Below are positions 38,508-47,930 of a DNA stretch of 64,000 bases, in pieces (the first letter of the stretch is position 1; every line of letters begins with the position of its first letter). Below the pieces are notes generated by a model. It was not told where the DNA came from, did not search any database, and worked only from the letters and a program-made list of their open reading frames with translations. This stretch comes from Acidobacteriota bacterium (GTDB lineage: Bacteria; Acidobacteriota; Thermoanaerobaculia; UBA5066; Gp7-AA6). The position numbers and the translations under genes were made by a program. The stretch spans positions 4,521 through 68,520 of the forward strand of contig JAIVJS010000075.1 in NCBI GenBank assembly GCA_020199905.1, written 5' to 3'.

Positions 38508-38570
38508 GCAATCCACGTGCCAGTGTACCGCCCGTTTCCCGCCGGCAGGCCCGTTCGGCCCGCTTCTTGC
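38508..38570. promoter_or_regulatory. Back-to-back sigma54 promoters
   Basis: - strand TGGCACGTGGATTGC (38522-38508, consensus match); + strand cGGCCCGCTTCTTGC (GG 38557, GC 38569). Confidence 0.62.
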
Positions 38571-38641
38571 GCTCGTTTTTCCTTTGCGCAGGCCTCGACG
38601 GCCGGAGAGACGGGACACGACCATAAGCACGAGGAGGACAC

Positions 38642-39292
38642 GTGGAACAGGAAGACTCCGTCAGGGACAGGAATCGGAGCCCGGAAGACATCGCCCGGAG
38701 AAAGCCCCGCGGGGCAAAGGCGCCCGCGAAATCGAACCGGTCGGAGCCTCCGGCCCAGGGCGAGGGGCTCCTCTCGCGGATCGTCGACGTCGTGACGGGC
38801 CGCGCCTCGGAGACCGAGGACAAGGCCCCCGAGGACGACCCGGTCAAGATGCTCGAGCGGGACCATCGCAAGGTGGAGGCGCTGTTCGAGGCGTACGAAA
38901 ACGCGGGCGAAGGCGCTAGGGCCAGGCGAAAGGAAATCGTCGAACAGATCGCGAACGAGCTCGAGATCCACGCGCAGCTCGAGGAGCGGATCTTCTACCA
39001 GGCGTTCAAGAGTGTTCGCCCGGAGGAGCCGAAGAAGCTCGTCCGCGAGTCCTTCGAGGAGCACAAGATCGTCAAGACGCTCCTGGCTGAGCTCTCCGCC
39101 CTCGAGCCGACCGACGAGCAGTTCGACGCCAAAGTCACGGTCTTGAAGGAGTCTGTCGAGCACCACGTCGAGGAAGAGGAAGACGATCTCTTTCCGGAAG
39201 CGAAAAAGCTTCTCGGCGACGAGGGGCTACGGGAGATCGCCGGACGCATGCGTGAACTCAAGGTGAAACTCCAGGCGAAAAAACGGGATTGA
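38642..39292 (+). CDS. Hemerythrin-domain protein
   Basis: DHRKV, HAQLEE..FY, EEH, HHVEEEE..LFP; GAGGAGG RBS. Confidence 0.9.
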   Translation: MEQEDSVRDRNRSPEDIARRKPRGAKAPAKSNRSEPPAQGEGLLSRIVDVVTGRASETEDKAPEDDPVKMLERDHRKVEALFEAYENAGEGARARRKEIVEQIANELEIHAQLEERIFYQAFKSVRPEEPKKLVRESFEEHKIVKTLLAELSALEPTDEQFDAKVTVLKESVEHHVEEEEDDLFPEAKKLLGDEGLREIAGRMRELKVKLQAKKRD

Positions 39293-39322
39293 CCCGCGAC
39301 GATCCTTCGCTCGGGGGAGCCC

Positions 39323-41077
39323 TCACCGGGAGCCCCCTCCGAGCCCTCGCCGCCGTCCCGGGCGAAGCCCGTGAAACGACGAACCGGGGAGCGCTCCGCG
39401 AATAACGCCTCTCGCTCCTCCCGCATCAAAAGTCATGAGGGACAGCGACCTCGCCGTGACCGTGTCCGGGCGCAGGAGGATGCGCGCCCAGTTCTCGTCC
39501 AGGACCGGCTGCCGATCGACCACTCGGACGGAGCCGAGGCGTCCGAGGGCGGTCTCGTCCGAGGAGTCGGCGATCACCCATCCTCGCGAGAGCACGCGCG
39601 GGACGTCCTGAATGGTCTTCGAGTCGTGCCATTCGAAGCGCGAGTAGAAGTCGAGGCTCGTGTACGTCACGGCGATCCGGAATCCTGCGCAGCCGGCGCC
39701 GCATCTCCCCCTGACGAAGTGCCCCCAGCGCGGCATCGGGTCCCAGCGCCCGAGGCGGGACTCCAGAAGGAGAAAGGCCCCGAAGACGACGGCGAGTCCG
39801 AGAGACGCGACGCCCGCCGACCGGGCCCTGTCGGAGCTCGCCCCCGCGATCAGAAAGGCGGCCGCGACGGCCGCGAATGCGGCTTCAAAGACGAGAGCCG
39901 GCGTCTCCCCCGCGAGCCTCGCAAGCGCGGGACCCGCCCGGAGCGACAGAAGAAAGAGGCAACCCGCCACGATCGCCGCTCCCTTCCAGATCCAGCGCGT
40001 GCTCGAGCGCGAAGCCCCCTGGCTCCCGAGATGTTCTCCGACGATCGCCGCCAGCGCCGGTAGCACCGGCATCAGGTAAACCTCGCGCTTCAACGCGAGA
40101 CAGGACAGAAAGAGAAACCCGAAGAGGAGCCAGCCATACGCGGCGGCTCTCTTCCGGCTCTTCCAGGCTTCCGGAAGAAAAGAGAACCAGGGGAACGTCG
40201 CGGCGCCGAGGATTCCAATGTAGTAGGTCGGAGGCCGGATGCGGGCGCAGAACGCGCGGGTCGATCCGCGCAGGACCTGGTGCTTCCAGTAGAACGACTC
40301 CCAGAAAGCGGCCCCGAATCGCACTGTCATGGCCCAGTGCCACGGCGCCAGCAGGAAGACGAAAATGAGCAAGGCCGGCGTTCCGCGCGCGAGTGGCCGC
40401 ATGGGCCGCGTCCTATCGATCGCCAGACCGGTCAGAACCGCCCCGACGGGAAGAATCACACCGATCGGTCCCTTGACCCCGAAGGAAAGCGCGAGAGCGA
40501 ATCCGGCGGCGAGACCGCTTCCGACGTCATTTGCGGTATCGCTTCGAGCGCATCGGTCGAGCAGGATGACGCTCGACGTCACGAAGAGCGTCAGAAGCGT
40601 ATCCGCGGGCGACGTCCGGGCGAATGTGGCGAACTTGAAGCTGAAGAGGAGGACGAGCGCCGTGATCGCTCCGGCCGCGTCTCCCGACCTCCGACGCACC
40701 CACAGACCGAGGATCGCCGCCGTGAGAAGAGCGGCCAGCGCGCCCGGGATCCTCTCGGCCCATAGCGATTCCCCGAACAGCCGATAGCTCGCCGCGAGAA
40801 CCCACCAGGTGATCGGCGGCTTCTCGAGAAAGGCACCGTGTTCGTATTGCGGAACCAGGAAGTCGCCAGTCCGGAGCATCTCGAGGGCAGGGTACGCATA
40901 CATCGCTTCGTTGCCGGGTTGCATCGGGGTCGCCGAGAGCCCGGCCAGATAGAGGCCCGCCGCGAGGAGCAGCCCGCTCCAGATCAGCCCTTTCGAGGAT
41001 CCCGCAGGAAGAGCGACGGCGCCCAGATTGACTCCCCCCCGACTCCGGTGGTGCCTTCGGGCGCGGCAGGAGAACAT
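39323..41077 (-). CDS. ArnT/GT-C family membrane glycosyltransferase
   Basis: NEAMYAYPALEM..GDFLVP..FLEKPP..W, KGPIG, KREVYLMP. Confidence 0.85.
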   Translation of the reverse strand: MFSCRARRHHRSRGGVNLGAVALPAGSSKGLIWSGLLLAAGLYLAGLSATPMQPGNEAMYAYPALEMLRTGDFLVPQYEHGAFLEKPPITWWVLAASYRLFGESLWAERIPGALAALLTAAILGLWVRRRSGDAAGAITALVLLFSFKFATFARTSPADTLLTLFVTSSVILLDRCARSDTANDVGSGLAAGFALALSFGVKGPIGVILPVGAVLTGLAIDRTRPMRPLARGTPALLIFVFLLAPWHWAMTVRFGAAFWESFYWKHQVLRGSTRAFCARIRPPTYYIGILGAATFPWFSFLPEAWKSRKRAAAYGWLLFGFLFLSCLALKREVYLMPVLPALAAIVGEHLGSQGASRSSTRWIWKGAAIVAGCLFLLSLRAGPALARLAGETPALVFEAAFAAVAAAFLIAGASSDRARSAGVASLGLAVVFGAFLLLESRLGRWDPMPRWGHFVRGRCGAGCAGFRIAVTYTSLDFYSRFEWHDSKTIQDVPRVLSRGWVIADSSDETALGRLGSVRVVDRQPVLDENWARILLRPDTVTARSLSLMTFDAGGARGVIRGALPGSSFHGLRPGRRRGLGGGSR

Positions 41078-41162
41078 GGACCTCTCCCATGCAGTGCCGC
41101 ACCGAAGTGCACCGCGTTGGCGACGCGCGGCGACCGGCCGTCGAGACCGGTACGAACCGGGC

Positions 41163-41540
41163 CTACGCGAGCGCGGGAGGAGCGCGGGACGGGCGGTCCC
41201 GGGGAGGTCCGCATTCGGCGGACCGGGAGGGAAGCTCGGGAGACGCGACCACCGGCGTCAGCGCGACCTGGAAAGCAGCCGCCGGGGCGGGAGCCGAAAC
41301 GAAATCCGCGTTGAAGCAGGCGAGACAGGGATGGTCCTGGACGATGTCGAAAGCCGTCAGGCCGGCCGGCTCACCGGCATCCCAGGGCCCGTCGTTTTCG
41401 AAAAGAGTGCCGGAATCACTCGGTTCGTCGAGCAGCAGATCTTCCAGGCCGTTCACATGCTGGTGGGGCGCACCCGCAACGGCCAGGAGAAAGGAGACGA
41501 GATAGGTACCGACGAGCCGCCGAAACCGGGTTGGGGACAT
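41163..41540 (-). CDS. DUF2946/CruR/CutF-like exported leader with CxxC and C-terminal RAPP
   Basis: Signal peptide, HQH, HPCLAC, Pro-rich linker, SRAPPALA*. Confidence 0.75.
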   Translation of the reverse strand: MSPTRFRRLVGTYLVSFLLAVAGAPHQHVNGLEDLLLDEPSDSGTLFENDGPWDAGEPAGLTAFDIVQDHPCLACFNADFVSAPAPAAAFQVALTPVVASPELPSRSAECGPPRDRPSRAPPALA

Positions 41541-41635
41541 CAGATCCACTATACGGCGATATCCATCGGGAGATGGTTGGGAAAAGGCGGCGGCCGGACC
41601 CCTGCGATCAGGAAGCCTCCGAAACTGGCGAACGC

Positions 41636-42616
41636 CTACTTCTCGACCGCCACCGATTTCCCCTCGGGCAGTCCGACCATGCCCGAGACGGCCACCGTGA
41701 GACCGGGCGCGATTCCTTCTCCGGCGATCTCCGTCGAGCCGTTCGACGTGAGGCCCGTCCGCACGTCGATCCAGTGGACGTGGCCGTTCTCGACCGCCGC
41801 GACCCGGGCGGTGCCGCTGACGTCGTCGCGCAGGATCGCCGCGGCGGGCAGGATCGCCGCGGCGCGCCTCTCGCCCACGGTGATCCGGGCGGTTCCGAAG
41901 AGGTTCAGCGTGAGGCGCTCCGCCGAGCCCGGCAGGTCGATGCGCACCGAGCCCGAAAAATCGGCCGCATTCGCGCCGGGAAGAATCGAGTGGACGCGCC
42001 CCGGAATCGCCGCCGGACGGCCGGTGATCTCGATAGCCGCCGGCTGACCGGGACGGATGCGCGGGAGATCGTTCTGCGGCACGTCGGCGAGAAAGACGAC
42101 GGACCCTGTATCCGCGATGGTCAGGATCTCCTGGTCTTCCGCCAGCTTGTCGCCGCTCGCCGCGGCGTGGGAGAGGACCGGCCCGTCGGCGGTCGCCGAG
42201 ATCGACTTCCGAACCAGGTTTCGCTCGGCGAGAGCCACCGCCCGCCGGGCGTCCGCCCGCTGGGACTCGGACTGAGCCTCGCGCGTCATTTCGCGCGCCC
42301 CCGAGAGCGCCGCTTCGCTCTCACGGGCGACGATGGTCGCAATCGGCTGGCCCCGCCGGACGAAGTCGCCGTCCGAGACGCGCAGATCGAGCAGAGTTCC
42401 CGCGAAGGGAGCGCGGACCTTCTGCTGAGAGAGGGCCGCGGTATGGCCCGGACCGGACACCGTCTCCGCGAGCGTCATCGACACGACGGACGCCACACGC
42501 ACCGGGGTCGGCGCGTCGGCGGCCGGCGCCGCCGGCTTCGCCGCCTCGGCGTCTTTGCGCTCCCCGCATGCCGGAACGAGAGTCAACGTCAGCGCGAGTG
42601 CGGCGATCCGCCTCAC
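41636..42616 (-). CDS. RND efflux membrane fusion protein (lipoprotein)
   Basis: VPAC lipobox, APFAG..V..GDFVRRGQ, ISATADG. Confidence 0.9.
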   Translation of the reverse strand: MRRIAALALTLTLVPACGERKDAEAAKPAAPAADAPTPVRVASVVSMTLAETVSGPGHTAALSQQKVRAPFAGTLLDLRVSDGDFVRRGQPIATIVARESEAALSGAREMTREAQSESQRADARRAVALAERNLVRKSISATADGPVLSHAAASGDKLAEDQEILTIADTGSVVFLADVPQNDLPRIRPGQPAAIEITGRPAAIPGRVHSILPGANAADFSGSVRIDLPGSAERLTLNLFGTARITVGERRAAAILPAAAILRDDVSGTARVAAVENGHVHWIDVRTGLTSNGSTEIAGEGIAPGLTVAVSGMVGLPEGKSVAVEK

Positions 42617-43929
42617 GGCTCGCTCCAGCGCGCCGCCACGGCTTCCGCGATCCGATAGCGCGAGATGGCGTCCGACAGGCGAACCGCGGCGTCGACCGAT
42701 GCGGTATACGCGTCCAGGACCTCGAACGCTGTCGCCGCGCCCCCGCGATATCGGCTCTCCGCCTCGAGGTACGAATCGCGCGCGGAGGGCGCCGCCTCCG
42801 AGAGAATCCGGATCTGCTCGTACGTGCTCTGGAGGGTGGCCTGCGCCTGCGCGCGCTGGCGCGCCACTTCGCGTTGTTGCCGCTGGATGTTCCGCCGCGC
42901 GCTTTCGAGCCGCAGCTCGGCCTGGCGGATTCGCGAGCGGATCGCGCCGAAGTCCCACACCGGCCAGGCGAGAGAAAGGGAGAGCGAGTAGCCCGCGTCG
43001 CGGCGCACCCGGTCGCCAAAGGTCGCGTTGCGATTGACGACGAGCAGATCCGCCGGAACCAGGCGCGACGTGTCGGAGCCCAGAAAACCCACGTCCCCGC
43101 TCAGGTTCAGGTGCGGCCGGCGCTCGGCTCGCGCGGTGTCGACGTCCGCGCCGGCCGACCGCGCCTCCGAGACGGCGGCTATGACTTCCGGCGCGCGGTC
43201 GTACGGCGCGCGGAGGTCGAGGCCCGCGGGCGGAGGGGGCGCCGGCAGCGGCGCCAGAGCGAGCGGGGCGGCAGGCTCGCGCCCCAGGAGGTCATTCAGG
43301 ATCAGCCGGGCGGCATTGCGGCGAGCCTCCGCGTCCACGAAGCTGGATCGCTCGGTCGCGAGCCTCACGTCGATCTTCAGGAGGTCCGCGGCGACGCCCT
43401 GTCCGGAGGCGCGCCGGCTCTCGAGCGAGGTCCGGTACCGCGAGAGGCGATCGAGCCCGTCGCGCCTCGCCGCGGCTTCCCGCTCCGCCTGCAGGAACTC
43501 GCTGAACCGGCTGCGGACCTCGAGATCCAGATCCTTCTCGGCGATCCGGTACCGCGCGGTGGCCGCCGCGACGTCGGCTTCGCTCTTCTCGATCGCGGCG
43601 CGGCGCGCTCCTCCGTCGAAGAGGATCTGGCGGCCCACGGCCTGGAGGCGGAATTCCCCCGCGTTCGTGATCGCGGGATCGTAGCCGTTCGGCGGCGCGT
43701 AGATGAAGTCGCCCTCGACGGCGACCTTGAGCCACCGCTCCGCCCGGGCCTCGCTCACCCGTTCGCGGGCGGCCGCGACATCCAGGGCCGGAATCGGAAG
43801 GCGGACGTTGGCGGCTCGGCTCAGGGCGAGCGCCTCGTCCAGGGTGAGCGCCTCCTGCGCGGGCGCGGTCCGCGTGAGCAGCACCGCGGCCACCGCTGCC
43901 GCCAGCCGGGAGGCGGCCATCGCCCTCAC
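42613..43929 (-). CDS. TolC-family outer membrane protein
   Basis: LTLDEAL, LFDGG, WPVWDFG, RYRGG..FEVLDA. Confidence 0.9.
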   Translation of the reverse strand: MRAMAASRLAAAVAAVLLTRTAPAQEALTLDEALALSRAANVRLPIPALDVAAARERVSEARAERWLKVAVEGDFIYAPPNGYDPAITNAGEFRLQAVGRQILFDGGARRAAIEKSEADVAAATARYRIAEKDLDLEVRSRFSEFLQAEREAAARRDGLDRLSRYRTSLESRRASGQGVAADLLKIDVRLATERSSFVDAEARRNAARLILNDLLGREPAAPLALAPLPAPPPPAGLDLRAPYDRAPEVIAAVSEARSAGADVDTARAERRPHLNLSGDVGFLGSDTSRLVPADLLVVNRNATFGDRVRRDAGYSLSLSLAWPVWDFGAIRSRIRQAELRLESARRNIQRQQREVARQRAQAQATLQSTYEQIRILSEAAPSARDSYLEAESRYRGGAATAFEVLDAYTASVDAAVRLSDAISRYRIAEAVAARWSEP

Positions 43930-46793
43930 GGCCGCGCTTCAGGAAGGGCGGCGGAACGGCGGGTGTGATCGCCCCCTGCGAGCCGGCCGTGAGGGTCGAG
44001 CCAGCAGTAGAGGGAGGGAAGGATCAGGAGAATGAGCGGGCTCGAGAGAAACACGGCCTTTTCCCCCACGATGCCGACCATCATGATCGCGCCCACGAAG
44101 CTCGAGATATTGAGAGTCATTCCCGTCACGATGAGTGAGCCGAGAACGCTCGTCAGCACGGTGAGCGCCATGATGACTGTCAGGAGAGGCGCGCGCCAGT
44201 CGCCGAACTCGAACAGCAGGACCACGGCGACGAGGAGCAGGCCGCCGAAGAGAACGCCGAGCAGGCCCTTGAAGGAGCTTTGCTGCTGTTCGTACAGGCC
44301 TCCGAACCCGAGCGACATGCCCGCCGGAAGGTTCAGGCTCCGCGACAGCTTCCCCTGGATCTCGCTCATCGCGCTTCCGAGGCTGCGGCCGGACAGCCGC
44401 GCGGTGACGCCCAGATACGTGCGGAGATTCTCGCGCTGAATCTCGACTTCCGGAGATCCCGTCGAGATCGTGGCGAGCTGCGAGAGCGGCACGAGAGCGC
44501 CGGACCCGGTCTGGATCGGCAGGAGCGAAAGCCCCGACACATCGGAGGTCCGGCGGGAAAACACGCGGATGCCGTAGAGACGCTCCCGGATCCGCAGGCT
44601 CCCCGCCAGCGTACCTCCCAGCGCGGGTTCGACCTCGTTGTGCAGGCTCTCGGCGGTGACGCCGAACCGCGGGAGAGCCTCGGGAATGACGCGCACCGTC
44701 ACCTTCGGTCCCGCGACGGTCACGCCGTCGAAGACGTCCTCGACCCCGGTGACCGTCTGCAGGATCGCCGCGGCGGCCCTGGCCCGATCCTGCAGAGCCG
44801 TCTGGTCCTCTCCGTAGAGCTTGATGTCGATCGGCTGGGGAACGCCGCCGGCGAGGTCGCCGATGTTGTCCTCGAGCAGCTGCCCGAAATCGATGTGCAC
44901 GGCCGGCTGCGCGGCGGAGATTTTCCCGCGCAGGTCGTCGATCACCTCCTCGACCCCGCGCCTTCCCCCCTTCGGCTTCAAACGGATCACGTAGTCGCCC
45001 CGGTTCGGTTCCGTGATGAAGAAGCCGAGTTGCTCACCGGTCCGGCGGGAATAGCCGGCGACGTCGGGAAGCGAAACGATGATCTTCTCGACCTGGTTGA
45101 GCATCTGGTCGGTTTCCGTGAGCGACGTACCCGCCGGGGTCCAGTAGTCGAGGATGATCGAGCCCTCGTCCATGCCGGGCAGGAAATCCGAGCCGATCAC
45201 GGCGTAGAGAAGCCAGCCGCCTCCGAGCAGGACCACGGTCACCGCGATCGCGATCGAAGGATGGCGGATGAAAAAGCGGGCGATCCGCGGAGGCTTTTTT
45301 TCCTTCTTCGCCCGGACCCCGGACGCGACGCGCAGTTTCTCCGCCGCCGCCGGCACGGCGAGCCCGGAGAGGAAATAGGACACGGCGAGCGCCACCGCCA
45401 TCGTGAAGGCGAGCGGCTTGAAGAAGGCGCCGGCCACGCCGGAGAGCAGCGCGAAGGGGAAGAAGATGATGACCGTCGAGAGGCTCGAGCCCGTCAGCGG
45501 CGGAAGCACCTCCGCGAGCCCCGACCGGACGGGATTCGCAGAGACGCGCTCCTCCGCGTGCCGTGCGATGTTCTCGACCACGACGATCGCGTCGTCCACG
45601 ACGAGCCCGATCGCCGCCGCGATCCCGCCGAGCGTCATGAGGTTGATGGTCTGGCCGGAGACTCCGAGCGCGAGGAGAACGATCGCCACGGTTACCGGAA
45701 TGGTCGCGACCGCGATGGCGGTGATCCGGAAGTTCCGAAGGTAGAGAAAGAGAACGATCGCGGCAAGAGCCACACCGATCAGGATCGCGTCCCGGACGCC
45801 GCGGACCGAATGCCGGATGAACTCCGCCTGATCGTAGAACGTGGACCAGCGCGCCCCTTTTGGAAGGAGGTCCGGGTGCTGCTTCAAAAGAGATTCCACC
45901 CCCGTCGCGATGGCGAGAGTGCTCGCGTCGGGCTGGCGGACGATGTTCACGAGGACGGCCGGCCGGCGCTCGGCTGTCGTGCGGACGTAAGACACGGCGT
46001 CGGCGGCAACGACTTCGCCGAGCTGGGAGAGAGGCGCCGCGACGCCGCCCCTGGGGGAGGCCACCGCGATGCGGCCGAGCTCGGCGATTCCGGCGGGCTT
46101 TCCCGTGACGAGCGAGAGATAGAGCTCGTGGTTGGATTCGACGAGCCCCGCCGAGACCAGCACGTTGTTCTTCCGGATCGCGTCGACCACATCGCTCGCC
46201 GACAGCCGCCGCGCGCCGAGGCGTTCCGGATTCAGGCGAACCTGAAACTCCCGGACGGCACCGCCCTGCACCTGGACCTGCGAAACGCCCGGGATCTGGA
46301 TGAGCGCGGGACGCAGCTGGAAATCCGCCAGCTCCCGCAGGGCCGCCGGAGACAGCGTGTCGGAGGTCAGGGCATACCCCAGAATCGGGAAGACGGCGGT
46401 GTTCATCCACTCGGCATCGATCCGCGTGTCGGAAGGGAGATCCGGCCGCACGCGCGCGATCTCGGCCTGCACCCGCTGGAGCGCGAGCTGCATGTCGGTG
46501 CCCCACGCAAACTCGCCGCTGATCTCGACCGAGCCCCGGGTCGACGTGGACACCACACGCACGATGCCCGGCACCCTCAGGATTCCCTCCTCGAGCGGTC
46601 GCGTCACGGCGGGAATCATCTGGGCGGCGGGCTCTTCCGCCCCTTCCGCGATCACCTTGACGCGGGGAAAGGTCACCGTCGGAAAGATTGCGGAAGGAAG
46701 GCGGCTCGCGTACCAGACGCCCGCCGCACAGAGCACGAGCAGAAGAAGAAAGAGCGCCTGGGGACGGTTCGAGAGGCGTTCCGAAATGCTCAT
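43926..46793 (-). CDS. RND permease (CusA/AcrB family) with in-frame deletion near TM11; probably non-functional
   Basis: NLMTLGG..GLVVDDAIVVVENI present; C-terminus GIVGEKAVF|LSSPLIL lacks the RPILMT segment. Confidence 0.85.
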   Translation of the reverse strand: MSISERLSNRPQALFLLLLVLCAAGVWYASRLPSAIFPTVTFPRVKVIAEGAEEPAAQMIPAVTRPLEEGILRVPGIVRVVSTSTRGSVEISGEFAWGTDMQLALQRVQAEIARVRPDLPSDTRIDAEWMNTAVFPILGYALTSDTLSPAALRELADFQLRPALIQIPGVSQVQVQGGAVREFQVRLNPERLGARRLSASDVVDAIRKNNVLVSAGLVESNHELYLSLVTGKPAGIAELGRIAVASPRGGVAAPLSQLGEVVAADAVSYVRTTAERRPAVLVNIVRQPDASTLAIATGVESLLKQHPDLLPKGARWSTFYDQAEFIRHSVRGVRDAILIGVALAAIVLFLYLRNFRITAIAVATIPVTVAIVLLALGVSGQTINLMTLGGIAAAIGLVVDDAIVVVENIARHAEERVSANPVRSGLAEVLPPLTGSSLSTVIIFFPFALLSGVAGAFFKPLAFTMAVALAVSYFLSGLAVPAAAEKLRVASGVRAKKEKKPPRIARFFIRHPSIAIAVTVVLLGGGWLLYAVIGSDFLPGMDEGSIILDYWTPAGTSLTETDQMLNQVEKIIVSLPDVAGYSRRTGEQLGFFITEPNRGDYVIRLKPKGGRRGVEEVIDDLRGKISAAQPAVHIDFGQLLEDNIGDLAGGVPQPIDIKLYGEDQTALQDRARAAAAILQTVTGVEDVFDGVTVAGPKVTVRVIPEALPRFGVTAESLHNEVEPALGGTLAGSLRIRERLYGIRVFSRRTSDVSGLSLLPIQTGSGALVPLSQLATISTGSPEVEIQRENLRTYLGVTARLSGRSLGSAMSEIQGKLSRSLNLPAGMSLGFGGLYEQQQSSFKGLLGVLFGGLLLVAVVLLFEFGDWRAPLLTVIMALTVLTSVLGSLIVTGMTLNISSFVGAIMMVGIVGEKAVFLSSPLILLILPSLYCWLDPHGRLAGGDHTRRSAALPEARP

Positions 46794-46887
46794 GCGTGCC
46801 GGGACGGCCGCGCAAGGGTATCAGGGGCTCGAGAGGCGCCGGGCGCCGGACGCGAGCGGAAGGGAGAAGCGGATCAGGTCTCTTCGA

Positions 46888-47502
46888 TTACCGATCGAGC
46901 CGACCGCGGAGTACCGCGGCCGTCTCGCTCCCGTTGGCCGGTCGGCTCCCGATCTCCGATTCCCGGCTCTGGCTCTGTCCCCCCGGCTCCTGCCTGGCGG
47001 CCGCGCGCCGCCGCGCGAGGCCGCGCGTCTCCGCGTGGTGGCAGGGAATGCACAGCGTGCGCAGGTTGTCCAGACCGCATCCCCCGCCGCCCTCGACGAC
47101 AGGCACGACGTGATCCGCTTCCCACAGAGCACGGCGGATGGCGATCCAGGGACGCCGCGCGCGGAGGAGCACCGCCCGCTCGAACCCCGACGACAGGCGC
47201 CGCGCCTCCTCGAGGGCGTCGGGTACCGGGTTCCTGCGGCGCATCGCGGCGAGCCTCCCCTTGAGGTCCTCCGTGTCGAGCCCGCATCGCGCGCAGACCC
47301 CGCGGTCCCTCTCGAAGACGCGCTCCCGGGCGGCGGAGGGGGACGTGCGCACGAGAAGCGCGTCGACGCAGGCCTCGGAGCAGAAGGTGCGCCGCGGCCG
47401 GCGGACCGGACCTCCGCATTCGCGGCAGAGGGCATTACCGCTCCCGTCCCGCCGTACGGGACGGTCACGGCCTCTCAACGCGCGCGCGAAGTGCGGCTTC
47501 AC
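46888..47502 (-). CDS. HNH endonuclease with N-terminal Cys4 motif
   Basis: CREC...FCSEAC, RDRGVCARC, WEADHVVPVVEGGG...NLRTLCIPCH. Confidence 0.88.
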   Translation of the reverse strand: MKPHFARALRGRDRPVRRDGSGNALCRECGGPVRRPRRTFCSEACVDALLVRTSPSAARERVFERDRGVCARCGLDTEDLKGRLAAMRRRNPVPDALEEARRLSSGFERAVLLRARRPWIAIRRALWEADHVVPVVEGGGGCGLDNLRTLCIPCHHAETRGLARRRAAARQEPGGQSQSRESEIGSRPANGSETAAVLRGRLDR

Positions 47503-47603
47503 TCGGTGTGCCGCCAGAATACCCTTGTACGGCTCCGCACATCATCGCGAGGGCCTCGCGTGACAATCTCGCTCCCGGGTATCGCGGTCAGACGGAGGTG
47601 GGT

Positions 47604-47804
47604 ATGACATCGCTCGGATGCTGTCACTCGGGATGCGCCAGCCACGTCATTCTGTCGGCGAAGCTCTCGGCCAGGAAGCAGGCAGCCTATTGCGGGCACG
47701 GCCACGCCGTGTGGGCCTGGAAGAACAAAGAGGGCCGCTGGGCGGCCGAGCCGCGCGCCGTCGAGCCGTCCGAGTCCGGCGTGCGTGCGAACGGGCACCC
47801 GTAA
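47604..47804 (+). CDS. Small Cys/His-rich hypothetical protein (66 aa)
   Basis: GGAGG RBS; MTSLGCCHSGCASH...YCGHGH. Confidence 0.55.
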   Translation: MTSLGCCHSGCASHVILSAKLSARKQAAYCGHGHAVWAWKNKEGRWAAEPRAVEPSESGVRANGHP

Positions 47805-47810
47805 GGGCGC

Positions 47811-47842
47811 CGTCGCGCCGTAGAGGCGTCGCGCCGTAGAGG
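47811..47842. repeat. 16-bp tandem duplication
   Basis: cgtcgcgccgtagagg x2. Confidence 0.7.
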
Positions 47843-47930
47843 CGTCGCCGTCGTCCCGTCCCTCGCGGCCGTGCGGAAGAATCTCGCCGCGGGTCGTCGC
47901 GAATGTTTCCTCGTGCGATGCTCCGTCGGA

